DNA of 64,000 nucleotides from the human T2T-CHM13v2.0 reference genome, Homo sapiens. Within the stretch, counting starts at the first letter, position 1, and every line of letters begins with the position of its first letter. Shown here in pieces: positions 24,728-40,012 of the stretch. The position numbers and the translations under genes are program-made. The notes below the pieces were generated by a model that saw only the letters and a program-made list of their open reading frames with translations, was not told the origin of the DNA and did no database searches. The DNA is taken from NCBI RefSeq assembly GCF_009914755.1, contig NC_060925.1; one strand, written 5' to 3'.

Positions 24728-26169
24728 AAGAATTCTGAGAACAAGGAATGGCTACTTGGATTTCATCCCTGGCCCAGGGTCTGAGAGCTGGAGAGTTAAT
24801 AACAAAAAGTGCTGGAAAGTGCTGTCCTCTCTATGCCTCCCCACCCCCACAGAAAACTCTACTAAGGCACAAGTAGCACCTTCAGGACTAACCTTGCTGA
24901 GAGTGGCACAACGGGGAGCGTGGCATTCTCCCTGCTTTCGCCGTGAACTCCCCAGAGTCCTCCAGTGCCCACAGTGCATGGCAGTCCACAGTGATCCTAG
25001 GGAGCACATCTTTCTCCTCTTCGTGTTGCTGTCTGTATGCAGGGGCTCAAGTGTGGGAGCCAAAGGGGCCTGACAGAGACAGGGGAGTCCAGCAAACTTC
25101 AGCCCCTGCAGAGCAGCTGCAGTTCCCAGGGAGTGCGGAGGTGCCAGTTAGACAAGGCAGTGCTGACCGAGCGTGGTGCCAGCACCTGGGACAACTTTAC
25201 GGTGGCAGGCAGTGCCCTTGACTGCAGAGTCAGCACCAAGGACTGGATGTGGTACACATGTCCCCAGCTCTCCAGGGGACCCTGAACCTGCCTCACGCAC
25301 AGCAGGTGCTCAGTGAGTGGATGAAGGAATTGACTTGAGTGATGTTCACAAAAGGAGCATGAAGCATCCAGCTATGGAGATGAGACACAGGGAAATAGAT
25401 GAGGCCGACTTTTCTTTTCTTTTCTTTTTTGTCTGTAATTTCTAAACTGTGGCTAAAGAAAATGCCAGTATTTGGTTTAATTCCCATCTGGCACCTTTTT
25501 CAGCGGTAAATTGATTTCAGTGTTTTTTTTTTTTTTAAAGTCTCATCACGAAGCTTCTATAGTTAGGTATAATTCATCAAGGTTTAGAATTAGCCCAAAT
25601 TTCTCTAAATCCTTCTTTATTTTTTCACACAAGGCTTCATGATTGTTGGTTTGGAACATTAAGATGCAAATGATAGAGGAAGCGTTACACATTTAAATGT
25701 GCAGGGTTGGTGTGGCATTAAGCTGTTCTGGAAAAGAACCACAATCCTCCTCCGGTTTGTTAAGATGGAAAAAATGGGAGAGTGGTGAAAAGGGAGGAAA
25801 TGTTAGATTTATCTCGATTCATGCTTTGTAGGTCAAGGTGAAAGAAAAGACTATAAGCTTTTCAAGACCTAATCACTGACAGACACGCCTAGCAAAGATC
25901 CTGCCTTACCCAGCCAAAGCAGAAAGACCATGGAGGGATTGGAGACAAGAATGGTCTGTTTCCCACTAAGCCCAGTGAGGTCTCCCTGGCCCATCCTTCA
26001 CTTTCCCTTGGAGAGTTGGTGTGCGTTCCTAACAGAGTGTGTGTTTCCTCCTAAGAGAATTAAAAGTGACAAGATGAGGAGTAATGACATCATGACAGAG
26101 GCCAGGCAGTTCCAAATGTGTTCTCCCCAAGGTATGCCACTGCCCAATGTCCATTGTGACTTGGCTCAC

Positions 26170-26470
26170 ATCTTCCTCCCTTTTCCTACCTTTCCTCAGT
26201 GTCTCTTCTCCTTCCTCCTCCTTCCTCCTCCCTTTTGCCCCCCCCTCCCCCTTTTCTTCTCTCCCTCTTCCCTTCTCCTCTTTCTCCCCATCATGCTCTC
26301 CCATCCCTTTCCCCTCCCCCTCCTTCTTCTGTCCTCCCCTTACCCTTCTCTACCATCTTCCTCCCTTCCCCTCCCTCATCTTCTGGCTCTCCTTCTTCTT
26401 CTCTCCTTCCCTCCTTCTTCTCTTTTTCTCCCTCATGTCTCCCCCTTCCCCTGCCCTCCCCTTCCTCCTC
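26170..26470. repeat. CT-rich polypyrimidine low-complexity tract
   Basis: About 300 bp that is almost entirely C/T. Confidence 0.9.
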
Positions 26471-28086
26471 CGGTCTTCGCCTGCCTGTCCCACAGTGGCT
26501 GAGCCGCCCTGCCCTCTGGCCTGAAGCTCTGACTCCACCTTCTCCATCCCAATCCTCCCCGCCAGAGCCACACACACACATTTGCCCCGGGCTTGGTGCT
26601 GGCTTCTCTGAAATCCACCCACCTTGGGAAGGATGAGCCACGTGTTTTTGGGCCTCGGGGCCTTTGAGCATGAGCTGTAAAGAAGGATGAGTGTTTCCGT
26701 TTGACTTTGAGCCAAGCTCAGTGGGGAGGAGCGCTTCACCTGTAACGTGCTTGACTTGCCTGGCAAAAGGGCAGCAGGAACCCTGCCCTGCTCTGCCCAC
26801 CTAAGCCCAAAGGATAGAAGGAGGGCAAGTCTTTTCTCGTGTGGCCGCCCTGGCCTGAGGACATTGCTGGTAGTCTTGTCAGTCCTTCCTGGTCTGTCTC
26901 TTTGCGTGGAGAGAGGGATGGCCTAAAGTTGGGAGGCTGAAATGGAGGAAGTTTGGTGATGTCACAGAGGCAGTGTGGTTCAGTAAAACCGGGGTGCTGG
27001 CATCGCCACTGTAGCTATGGGCGAGACACCTAACCTCCCTGAGGGCCAGCCCCTCCTTGTCAGGTGGGGTTATGAAGCTCCCCTGTTGAACGTTGTTGGG
27101 GTGAGGACATCAGATGTGGTAGAGCAGGAAGAGGCGCTGTCTCCTTTCTTGTGGAGACTTCTCAGAGAAATCATTTCCGCTTACCTATTGACAAAGGGGT
27201 TTACCAGAAGGTCAAAAGGGGGCTAGGCCCCAAATCATTCCTTTTCTGGTTTCCTCCTCTCTGGGGGCACTGGGCTTTCATGAATAAGCTCTCCTGCGGC
27301 TCTGTCACCAGACAGGCTCTTTCTGCTCCTGGATGGTTGCAGGCCCCATGACTGCCTGGTGTACCATTCTCCCTGGGCTTTCCTGTTCTCTGTCCATTTC
27401 AAAATTCTCAGCTTTTGCTCCCACAGCTGACAAGCTCCCTCTCCTCCTTTGCTGGGTGTGTCTTACTCACATTTCCAAGAGGCTGCCTCTGCATGTCACT
27501 GTGCCACAGTATTGGCACCCAGTCAGGGGCAAAGCCCCGGCCAAGCCAGCATTGGAAGAAGGGAGGGGTCCTGAGACATGGCTGCCTCGGCCAACTGTTC
27601 AGCAGATGCTGTGGGAGGCCCCTTCTCCCCAGCAGGCCTGGGGGTGGTCAGTGATTGACAACTCTACCCACAAGGCAGAGGGACTGAAACCAGAACCACA
27701 GAGAAGGCAAGCAGCCTGCTTAGAGACCAGAGAAAAGCCTGCACTTCGCTTCTATTGCATCTCAAGTGTGATAAGAGCACATAGCTTCTCCAAGTCCTCT
27801 GAGCCAGTGGAGGGACTGAGCTAACATTATGATGTCCCTAGATGAGTAGGCGGTGGCAATTTGTGCTTTTTTATTTGGCAATAATATTTAACAAGACATT
27901 TGGGTCAGTGGGATCAATTAGACCACACTAGAACTAATTAGAAGTGCTGTATTTGATTATAAACTCCCAAAAGGGTACTCATGGTGGCCAGAGTTATTTT
28001 TGTGTGCAGGACTTTAAAGAGGGGAACCCTTTGTTCAACAAGGGTGCATACTGAGAGCACAGCCAACTTGTTGGGGCACTAGGTGC

Positions 28087-28670
28087 TATTGCAGGGGAGG
28101 CAGAGATCCCCTCCAACCTCCTTAAGCTCTTATGAGGGCTCTTTGGCTGGATCTAGAAACCAAATTGACACCAGGCAGATTAACAAGAGAAAAACATACA
28201 AATTGCATGAGTTTTCCATGTGCATGGAGATCTTCAGAGGAGAGTGAAGTCTGAAGAAGTGGCCAAAGCCAGATGCTTTTGGACTCTTTAGACAAATAAT
28301 GACAATTTCAAGAAGTGACAGGACAAAGAAAATCGGGCTAGGGCAGTAAATTTTCTAGGAGAGTCATTAGGAGAGATACAGGGGCAGGTGGAGGAGTGTA
28401 AAACAGATGGGAGATAAGGGTTACTGTGTAATATTTGTTCATTCAGGTCCTTTGCAGCCCCCACTTCCCAGTCTCTGGTGCTAAGGGCTATTTTCACATG
28501 CTAATATGGCAATGGCCCCCGCTCCCACCACCCGACCAGGAGAAATCTTTATGCTTACTGAACGCAGGAAAAGACAAGTCAGCTGACCCTTTCTGAAACG
28601 AAATTTCTCCAATGTTTTCAGCTCTAAATCATCAATCCGGCATATTTTTGTATGACATGTCCTTCACTCC
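28087..28670 (-). mobile_element. ERV1 LTR, MER34/MER39-group-like
   Basis: aaattgacaccaggcagattaacaagagaaaaacatacaaatt motif and the ttttcagctctaaatcatcaat end; subfamily and strand from recall. Confidence 0.6.
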
Positions 28671-29080
28671 TTCACTATCCAGCATGATTATAAAATCCAC
28701 TCCTGTGTCCTTCGGGGGCTTCAGATTCAGCTGGGGAGACAGAAAATCAGGAGAATTCTTCCAAGAAAGACTATTCTGCATAATATAGCAAGTAGAAGTT
28801 GGAGATCTAGGAACAGCATGAGAGGGTGGGGAGAGGAACAGAGGTGAGAGAGAGATAAAGTGTGAGCCAGTAAGATGCCAGCGAGCTGAGCACTGCAATG
28901 TGGACCCAGCCCCCAAGCCTTGCTGAAGTCTACTAATCTCATGGATTTTTGCATGAGGGATTTTTGTTGCTGTTGTGTGGTGGTGATGGTTGGCACCATA
29001 AGGTGTTCATCTGGTATGTTATAGAAAGAGCAAGAGGAAGCAAGGTCCAAGAGGCAGATGGAGCCACCTCACTTTCCACC

Positions 29081-29491
29081 TGCTATGATTTGAACATTTG
29101 TCCCCTCCAAAACCCATGTTGAAATTTAATCCTCAATGACTATTGAGAGGTGAGGTCTTTACAAGGTGATTGGGTCATGAGCCCTGTTTCCACATGAATA
29201 GATTAATGGGTTAATGGATTACTGAGTTATCATGGGAGTGGGACCAGTGGCTTTATAAGAAAAGGAAGAAAGACCCAAACCAACATGCTCAGCTCCCTCA
29301 CATGTGATGCCCGTGCCACCTCAGAATGCCACAGGATCCCCACTAGCAAGAAGGTTCTCACCAGATGCAACCCCTTGACCCTTGACCCTGGACCTCTCAC
29401 CCTCCATAATTGTAGCAAATGAGTTTCTTCCCTGTATAAATTACCCAGTTTAAACTATTCTTTTATAAGCATCAGAAAACAAACTAAAACA
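29081..29491 (+). mobile_element. MSTB1-like MaLR solo LTR
   Basis: TG...CA termini and 5-bp TSD ccacc at 29076-29080 and 29492-29496. Confidence 0.9.
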
Positions 29492-30995
29492 CCACCCACC
29501 CTGAGCTCAGAAACTGGGATAAATTGTTGGGAGTATTTTGACATTCCCCAAATGTGAAATTCAGGGTGCACAACAAGAATTATAGATTAGAAAAGAACTA
29601 ATTATGGAGTTATGTATATAGGGAATACAGTCCCAGCACCCTATCTTTGTACCATACATTGTTTCTTACAAAGAGACCTTACAACCTAGCACGTCAGTTA
29701 GAAATACTGGTAGATGGCTTATTAAACGCTCATGAATCGGTTTACGTGATTTATTTCATTGAATCATCACAGCAACATCGTGCAGTATGTATTGTTATTA
29801 ACTGCTCCCCACTGCCCCTCTGCCCCAGTTTTACCGATGTGGGGAGTAAAGTGCAAGGACGTTGGATGGTGCCATGGAGCCCGCAGCTGGTCACTGGTGG
29901 CGAGATGAGCGCCAACACAGGCATAGTGAGTCTGGAATGAGCATTCCTCACCTGCGCCGCACACTGCCTCTTTATATGGCCCTGACATCACATGACACAG
30001 ACCAAGCTGTGCTGCAGAACCATCCCTGTCTTTCCCTCCAACCACTGGCAGAGAATTCAATCTGACATTCTGACATTGCCCAGTCATCATGGTGTCCCCA
30101 CACCAAGGGCAGTATCCTGCCCAAAGGAGCTCAGCAACTTGTTGCAGGGGTGAGGTTAGCAGGTAGGTTTTAACTACTCTCAGAAAAGTTTCCAGACAAG
30201 AGGCTTTATACCCCAGCACATCCAGGTCTTTATCATAAGCCACTGAAAGCACACACTGTGTCTAAGATGCTGCATCTGAGATTCTCCAGAGGAGAGGGCA
30301 TTGGTCATCTGCACGAGGTGTCAGGCTGGGGAAGTAAGATTTCTATTTTATCATGATGTCTTTTAAGATACTAAGTCCAGGAATGCCGTCTCAAATCCTA
30401 TTGGAAGAAAAAGGCAAGAGATAAATACATTTCAATAGGGAAAGGAAACATGCAGGAACAGTTATGGAGAAACCCTGTCATGTTATATGCACCCTATGAT
30501 GACTGCCCATGTTACTGATTTTGTAACATAAAGTAGAATGTATCCCCAGTGTTTCTCCTTTTGAAGGGAACAGACCTTTACAGCCAGTATCACACAGAAA
30601 GAAGCCTTGGTTCACAGAGTCCATGTGTGTGTCTCATGTTTTTGAGCCAAGCCACACCATGGCCCCCAGAGTCCTCGTGTCCTGCACAGCTGAAGGAGCT
30701 GGAATTGGCACAGCTGAGAGTACAGGTGAAGCCTCACCTGGCAAGACCAGCCCTCTATTCATGTCCTGCTTTTTGTGTGAGGTAGGAGGGGGACATTGGT
30801 CATGCTGGCCCCATAGACTTGGGTCTATAGCCAGTTAACAGCTGTTCCCTTGAGAACCCACTCATCCAGAAGGAATAGCTCAGTCTGAGCATCAGCCTTC
30901 TGGTGCCCTAGCTTGTTTGTTCTCCTCCCCAGCTCCGAGTGGTGTTCAAGAGAGAGGAAAATGTGAAGCTGTTAAGCATTTGGGGAAGAGGCATA

Positions 30996-31149
30996 GAGCC
31001 ATCAGACTAGGGGCAAGGAGAACCATCAGACTAGGGGGCTAGGGACAGGGGTAAAGAGAGCTATCAGGCTAGGTGCAGGAAGAGTCATTAGACCACCAGA
31101 GTAAGTAAGGAGAGCCATGAGACTTGGGGCAGAGCGAGCCATCAGACTA
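30996..31149. repeat. Degenerate minisatellite with a gagccatcagactagggg core, about 6 units
   Basis: Repeated gagccatcagacta-like motif with 25-40 bp spacing. Confidence 0.8.
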
Positions 31150-32520
31150 TTTTAGCTCAGTGTACAGATATGACCTCACTCTTAGATTATTCCAGCATAT
31201 AGAAATTAGAACTTATCAAATGGTCATTAAGATGTAGTATATATCTTTAGGAAAGCCAGCTCAAAGTAGATAAATCTAGAAGTCAATTGAAAATATGATT
31301 TGATTTTTTAAAAACTGCACTTGCACATAATCTTTAAGGAGATATTTGAAACAGGTTGTTCTATATACCATCAGTTCTTCCACACCATTCTGTATCATGA
31401 AATGACAGACAGCCTGAAAGAGACACTTCTAACAAAAGGCACAGGCCCCAGGAAAAACCATGAAATCTAGGTGTAGGCAAATATCTGTGTTTATGCATAT
31501 ATATGCATGTATTTATATATAAAAGAGAGTAAGTTTATGGAATTTAAAACTTAAAAAATACTAATCTAGACAATTGAACTATGCAGACAGACAGAAAGTG
31601 TGAGATTTTCCCTTCAATTTTTCACAAATTTCTCCTTGAATTATTTAAGCTCAGCATTTCTAACTATGAGTCAAAATACCAGCTTGGTGCAAATTTCTTT
31701 GATGCAGGTTGTGAATCATTCTATGAGACAATGTCTGTGAAGCTCTACAAACTCCCCCTAAATCAAATATACTTATTTATTGATAATATTCACATGAAAT
31801 TCTTCTCAAAACCAAAAGTGACTGGTGTTTCCTGTGTACCCAGCTGCTGTATATCCATTCTTCAGAGTATCTTCATCTAGATTACATTAAGAAGTTGTCT
31901 CCAGACCCATCAACCATTCCCCGCTAACTGTGCCTCATGAGTTCCAGAATTTGAGGAGAATCAGTGGGATATGGATACCATTTGGGTCATTTGTAAAAGC
32001 AGCATGCTTTGACCACCTCTGCTCCAGGCCTTCCCCTGAAGCCATGAGACACCCTTCTTTCTCCAGTGGAATGGGACATAACTATTGCGCTTGGCTTTCC
32101 ATCCCTTTCCTCATCCAATCCCTGCCCCTGCCCACCTGATTGTCCGGGACACACAGAGTTCTCAAGGAAGCCTGCCCCTCCTTGAGTGTGTGTGACATAG
32201 GATAAGAGAATGTAGCTTTTGCCTGGGAAGTGTCCTGAGCACTCAGTGGCTTCCTTTAGCACTTGGCAGTGTTAAGCAACACAGTGACGAGTCAGAGAAA
32301 TGGCCTGTGTGATGGAGGCTACTCTCATGCATGTGCCTATCTCTGTTAGAGGTCAGGGCATGCTTGAGTTAGAGATCAAAGCCTGCTCAATGCCGGGAAG
32401 TATATAGCAGATACAAAGCAGGAAGGATATATTGGATACCAAGCCATCAGTGAGGCAGCTGTTGTGAGCAGGTGAAGTGATCATCAAAATTCAAAATAAC
32501 TAGGAGACTTGCAGTTTGGG

Positions 32521-32664
32521 TTTTTTGTTTTTATTTTTAATTTTGTGTAGAGACATGTCTTGCTTTGTTGCCTAGCCTGGTCTCAAACTCCTGGGTTCAA
32601 GCAATCCTCCTGCTTCAGCCTCCCAAAGTGCTTGGATTTACAGGTGTGAGCCACCGTGTCCAGC
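32521..32664 (-). mobile_element. FLAM_C / Alu left monomer
   Basis: Antisense monomer; imperfect TSD gactt(g/c)cagttt. Confidence 0.85.
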
Positions 32665-33506
32665 TGACTTCCAGTTTTGTGTAATTGTTTTGAAACAACT
32701 GTGTGGGCATTGGTTATTAGGATTGGTTTGTTGCTTTGTTTTTCCAGACTATCTTCTCACCTTAAATTATATCATCCAACTAAGTCTCTTTCCAAGAACC
32801 AAGAGATTTCCAAGCCATCTCTTGAAGGGATCAGCTTTTTCTTGCAAAGATGAAGGGTACTGGTATTGGTCTCATCTTGCATGTATCACAGCCCCAGCCC
32901 TGGAAGCGAATGTGCCAACAGGACACTGTTATGAGACAGGGCCTGCCTGATCAACTCCTCACTATGACCAGCTGCCTTACTCCTTCAAATTTATTTCTAG
33001 AGGAATTTAGAAGTCAACATTCTGGGAAATGGCATGGTTAATCCCTCTTCAGTCCCAGCCTGCCTGACTAGCCCTACCTCCAGCTACACCCTCAGTCCCT
33101 CCATACAGTTGGTCAGTTTCATTCCCACCTCCTTGCATCTTTTTATGATATTTCTTTCCCCTTTTCCTGGCATATCTGCTCTTCACCTTCTGCCCGTTTT
33201 TCAGGGCCCAAGGAAAGGCTAGCCTCCACTTGCATACATTCCTTGGCTTCTCTGGTCTACAGACATGCTGCTATCAACTCCATGAACACCTATGCTCTGC
33301 GTTGCTCATTCTTGCACTTCATTATGGGCAGCCCTGCAGGCTTTGACTTATTTTTTGTCCATTTGAACATATACAACTGAGAAGGGACACTGAGAAAGCC
33401 CTGGACAAATATCTATCTGAATTCTTTTTGAGTTAATAGAAATCATCTACAGGTCTTGTCTATACAAATGGTCTGTAGGCAAAGTGAATACCAGAGTTGT
33501 ACATTC

Positions 33507-33792
<286 letters not shown>

Positions 33793-34096
33793 AGTTGTAA
33801 TTGAAGGCAATTACATTCTTGAAGGCAAAGTTTCTGTCTGCTTCATCTTTGAAACTCCCAGAGTATCTAGTCTTGACTCAAGAATCAGTTGACATTGCAT
33901 ATAATTTAATACTTACCATCATTGATTTCAATACTTAACTGAAACTCAACCTTGAGAATTTCCTCCTCTACAGAACAAATCCCATTTCAGATTCCTCATC
34001 AGTGTCTCATCTGAAATATGGGGATGATAATGCTACGTAACCACATAGAGTTACAGAGTGTGTTACATTAATTCTACATGTAAAATACTCAGTAAA

Positions 34097-36341
<2,245 letters not shown>

Positions 36342-36649
36342 AAAATACTCAGTAAAATGCAAGGCACTGCATAAAGTAAGTACTCAATCAATTTAACTAG
36401 TATTATTATTGCTCCTTCTGATTCTTGGTTGACTTCTTATAACAAACTACCTGCCTAACCTCCCTGTTTCATATTTCTATGCAACTGAGGGCTTTTTGTT
36501 TGTCTTTTGTTTTATTTTTTATAAATTTTAGGCTCAAGCAATCCTCCTACATTGGCCTGCTCAGTAGCTGGGATTGCAGGCATGAGTCATAGTGCCCACA
36601 GCTGAAGTTTGATTGTGCATCATCTAGGTCAATAAAAGGACATCCATAC

Positions 36650-37039
36650 TGTATTAGTCCATTCTAAGACTGCTATGAAGACATACCTGAGACTGAGTAA
36701 TTTATAAAGAAAAGAGGTTTAATCAGCTCATGGTTCTGTGGGCTGTACAGGCATCTCCTTCTTGGGAGGCCTCAGGAAACTTACAGTCATGATGGAATGT
36801 AAAGGAAAAGCAAGCACATCCTCACATGGCCGACAGGAGACAGTGGCAGGAGGTGCTACACGCTTTCAAACAACCAGATCTCATGAGAACTCTATCATGA
36901 GAGAGCACTAGGGGGATGGTGATAAACCATTAGAAACCACCCACGTAATCCAATCACCTCCCACCAGGCCCCACCTCCAACACTGGAAATTACAATTCAA
37001 CATGAGATTTGGGTGGGGACACAGAGCCAAGCAATGTCA
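36650..37039 (-). mobile_element. MSTA/MSTB MaLR solo LTR
   Basis: tgtattagtccattct...taatttataaagaaaagaggtttaat...catgagatttgggtggggacacagagccaa. Confidence 0.9.
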
Positions 37040-38869
37040 CGTAATTTAGAAATTTTGGGTCTAATCATTCTTCTAGGAATGTTTAAAACTGGAAGTTTTG
37101 AGGGTGTATCAGATCTCTGAAGACCAGAGAGCTTAGTGGGATCTTTGAGGGTGTTCAGATGCAAGTATTCTTTATTTACTTGGCTTAAGAACCTAAGCCT
37201 TTGGTTCTTGGATAGCCTGTAGATCCTTTAAGTTGTGAATGATGTCCTTACTCCTAATGTCATCATCAAATATGATGTCCCGTCTTCTGGACTTCCTGTT
37301 GCGAGGCAGCATGGCTTGGTAATTGTAAGCTGTATTTTGGCACCAGCTGGCCATTCCATTTTGTCCCCTTCGAGTAGAGCTAGAGAATAAGAATATTGCT
37401 CTTTGATGGACAATTATCATTTGTCCAGACACATTCAACTACACGACTCTGTGGAAAAATCTGATGCCGTATTCAAAACAAGGACAATTATCTCACTGTT
37501 GGATTGGATGTAATAGACCCAGTGGGAGTCTTAGGTCTGAGTCATTTAACACAGGGCTCTTCACTGGGACATTTTATATTTGAAGGCAGAGAGACATAGA
37601 CATAGACACATCTATGAATGGACAAAAGCCGTTGACTGAGGGACATGGTTTCTCCAGTTGCCTTTCTGGCTAACTTGCTTTGGATCTCTAGAGCCCCGGA
37701 GCACACACTTGTAAAACCGAGGCTGGCTGCTCAGGTGTCACCCTTCACCAAGATTGATATGTGGAAGGTCAGGGAGGAGCAGGTGCCCTGTGGAAAAAGG
37801 AGAGCTGAGAAGATGTAACTACATAGGAATTCCTCTTTTAAAAAATGAAATTACCATCTTTGCTTGAATGTTTATAATCCCTGTTCACCCCACGTAGAGT
37901 TTAGTAAAAGAGGAAAAGGATCCATATGAAATCCTGATTTCCATGTCCCAACCTCAGCCACATCAGTCCTAATTTGCTGGCGAGGAAGGGCCATGAATAA
38001 TGAAGCTGGCCAGCCCTTGCCTTTAGGTCTCAAGCTGGATTCCCAGGTAGAAAGAAAGGGGAAAGAGGAAACTGAACCAAGGATAGGCTGCGGGCTTTTT
38101 AATGGCCTTGTTGCCTGCGGGGTTAGGCTTTGCCACCTAACCTGAGTGTTTCTTTTTAATTACTGCGGGGCCATGGTGAGAGCAATGCTGTGTTGTTCTA
38201 TGGCTGCTTAGGTGACTGTGGCTCCCTGTGGGGTGAGGAGAGGCAGGAGACAGGTGGAAGGGGCCAGCCAGCTGTGCCCATGCAGCTGGAGCTTTGGTCA
38301 TCCTTTGAAAAACTCCTGCAGCATCTTCAGAGTAGAATACAAAACTGAGAACTTCTGGCTGAGTTGGAAACACCCGGTCAGGGTATCTGGACACAGGGAA
38401 GAGCCTGCATATTTGGGGTCTTGAAAAGGATCTTGCCTGGGAAAGAGGTAGTGGATGGATAGTGTATAATTCACCCAAAATCCAAGTCAGCTGGAGCCTG
38501 CTCTGGGGTGAGAATGCTGATGATAGTTAATAACCAGCAAAGTCCCAGAGGATGACACCATCTGCAGCTGAGCTGATGAATTAAAGTCTAAGCAGTAGTG
38601 TCAGGGGCTGGAGAGAACATTCTGCAAATGAGGCTGATAGGGAAGCATGCTAAGGGAATACACCTTCCTTGTTATAATTGCTCCGCTCTCAAAGGCATTC
38701 CAGTCCAAGCCTGCTTGGCTGTCACAGCTTAGAGAACCAAGGACAGAGCAGAGCAGTGCAGACTGTAGTCTGTGGGTCTTCTCATGACACAGCTGGAAGC
38801 AGAAGAATTTCTTTCCACCTAGGGCCTGTCAGTCAAGACTGGGGTGGGGTTCTGATTTTGCCTTCAAAA

Positions 38870-39000
38870 GCTACATGACTTTGGAAGAGACTACTTAACC
38901 TCTCTGGGCCTCATTCTTATTATTTCCAAAATTGGGGTAATAATGTCTGCCTCACAGGATTGTTAGGAGATTCATGCGAGATAATGTGTGTAATACAATC
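38870..39000 (+). mobile_element. MIR
   Basis: tgactttgg...acttaacctctctgggcctca...cctcacaggattgttaggagattca. Confidence 0.7.
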
Positions 39001-39529
39001 AAAGCTATTTTGGTTTCAAAAAAAACAGGGCTCCCACGTTTAGGCGCAATGGGGGATCTTGTATAAGGATGCTAGAGGATCTCATAAAAACTATTCGAAG
39101 GAAGACGGTGTGCCCCTTCACATGGGGGAATAATACAAAATATAATTTAGTTATTTTCAACAGGTCCCAGAACCGGCAAATTGCATGCTGCAAAGAAGTT
39201 TCTCTTTTCTTACCTCTCTGCTTGGAGGTTTTAGCCTTTTTCTGGAGACTGACTTCTTCCACGTGTCAGAGTCCAAAGCCTGTGACAACTCCCAACTTTC
39301 ATATCCCGTTCTACCAACAGAGAGAACTGGCTCTGCTCCCAAAAACCTTAGGGAAGACATCCTACTAGTCCATCTGTGTTTATGTGACCAATTCTTGCCC
39401 AACCACCTGTGGCTAAGGGGACAGGACCTGTAAAGTATGGCTGCTCCTATAGGAAACACATGGTGCAGTTGAAGGGGGACGATATCCCAGAAGATGGTGG
39501 GTGGACAGATAATACATATCCCACCCAGG

Positions 39530-39840
<311 letters not shown>

Positions 39841-39877
39841 CCACCCAGGGCTTTGTAAATTGTAAAGGACACTTGCT

Positions 39878-40012
39878 GACCAGGTGTGGTGGCTCACGCT
39901 TATAATCTCAGTGCATTGGGAGGCTGTGATGGGAGGATTGCTGGAGGTCAGGAGTTCAAGACCAGCTTGGGCAATATAGCAAGACCCCGTCTCTACAATA
40001 AATAAATAATAA
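39878..40012 (+). mobile_element. FLAM_C / AluJ left monomer
   Basis: Monomer with A-rich tail; TSD taaagg(a/g)cactt. Confidence 0.88.

Noticed and set aside
25930-26800. ORFs of 125-190 aa rich in P/S/L/F or G/E/R
   Set aside because: Artefacts of the CT-rich low-complexity tract.
30996-31149. Repeat-spacer pattern reminiscent of a CRISPR array
   Set aside because: Primate DNA, degenerate short repeats, spacers similar to each other and irregular in length, no cas genes.
37193-37438. 81-aa minus-strand ORF in unique-looking DNA
   Set aside because: Non-ATG start, no recognisable domain and no convincing splice boundaries.
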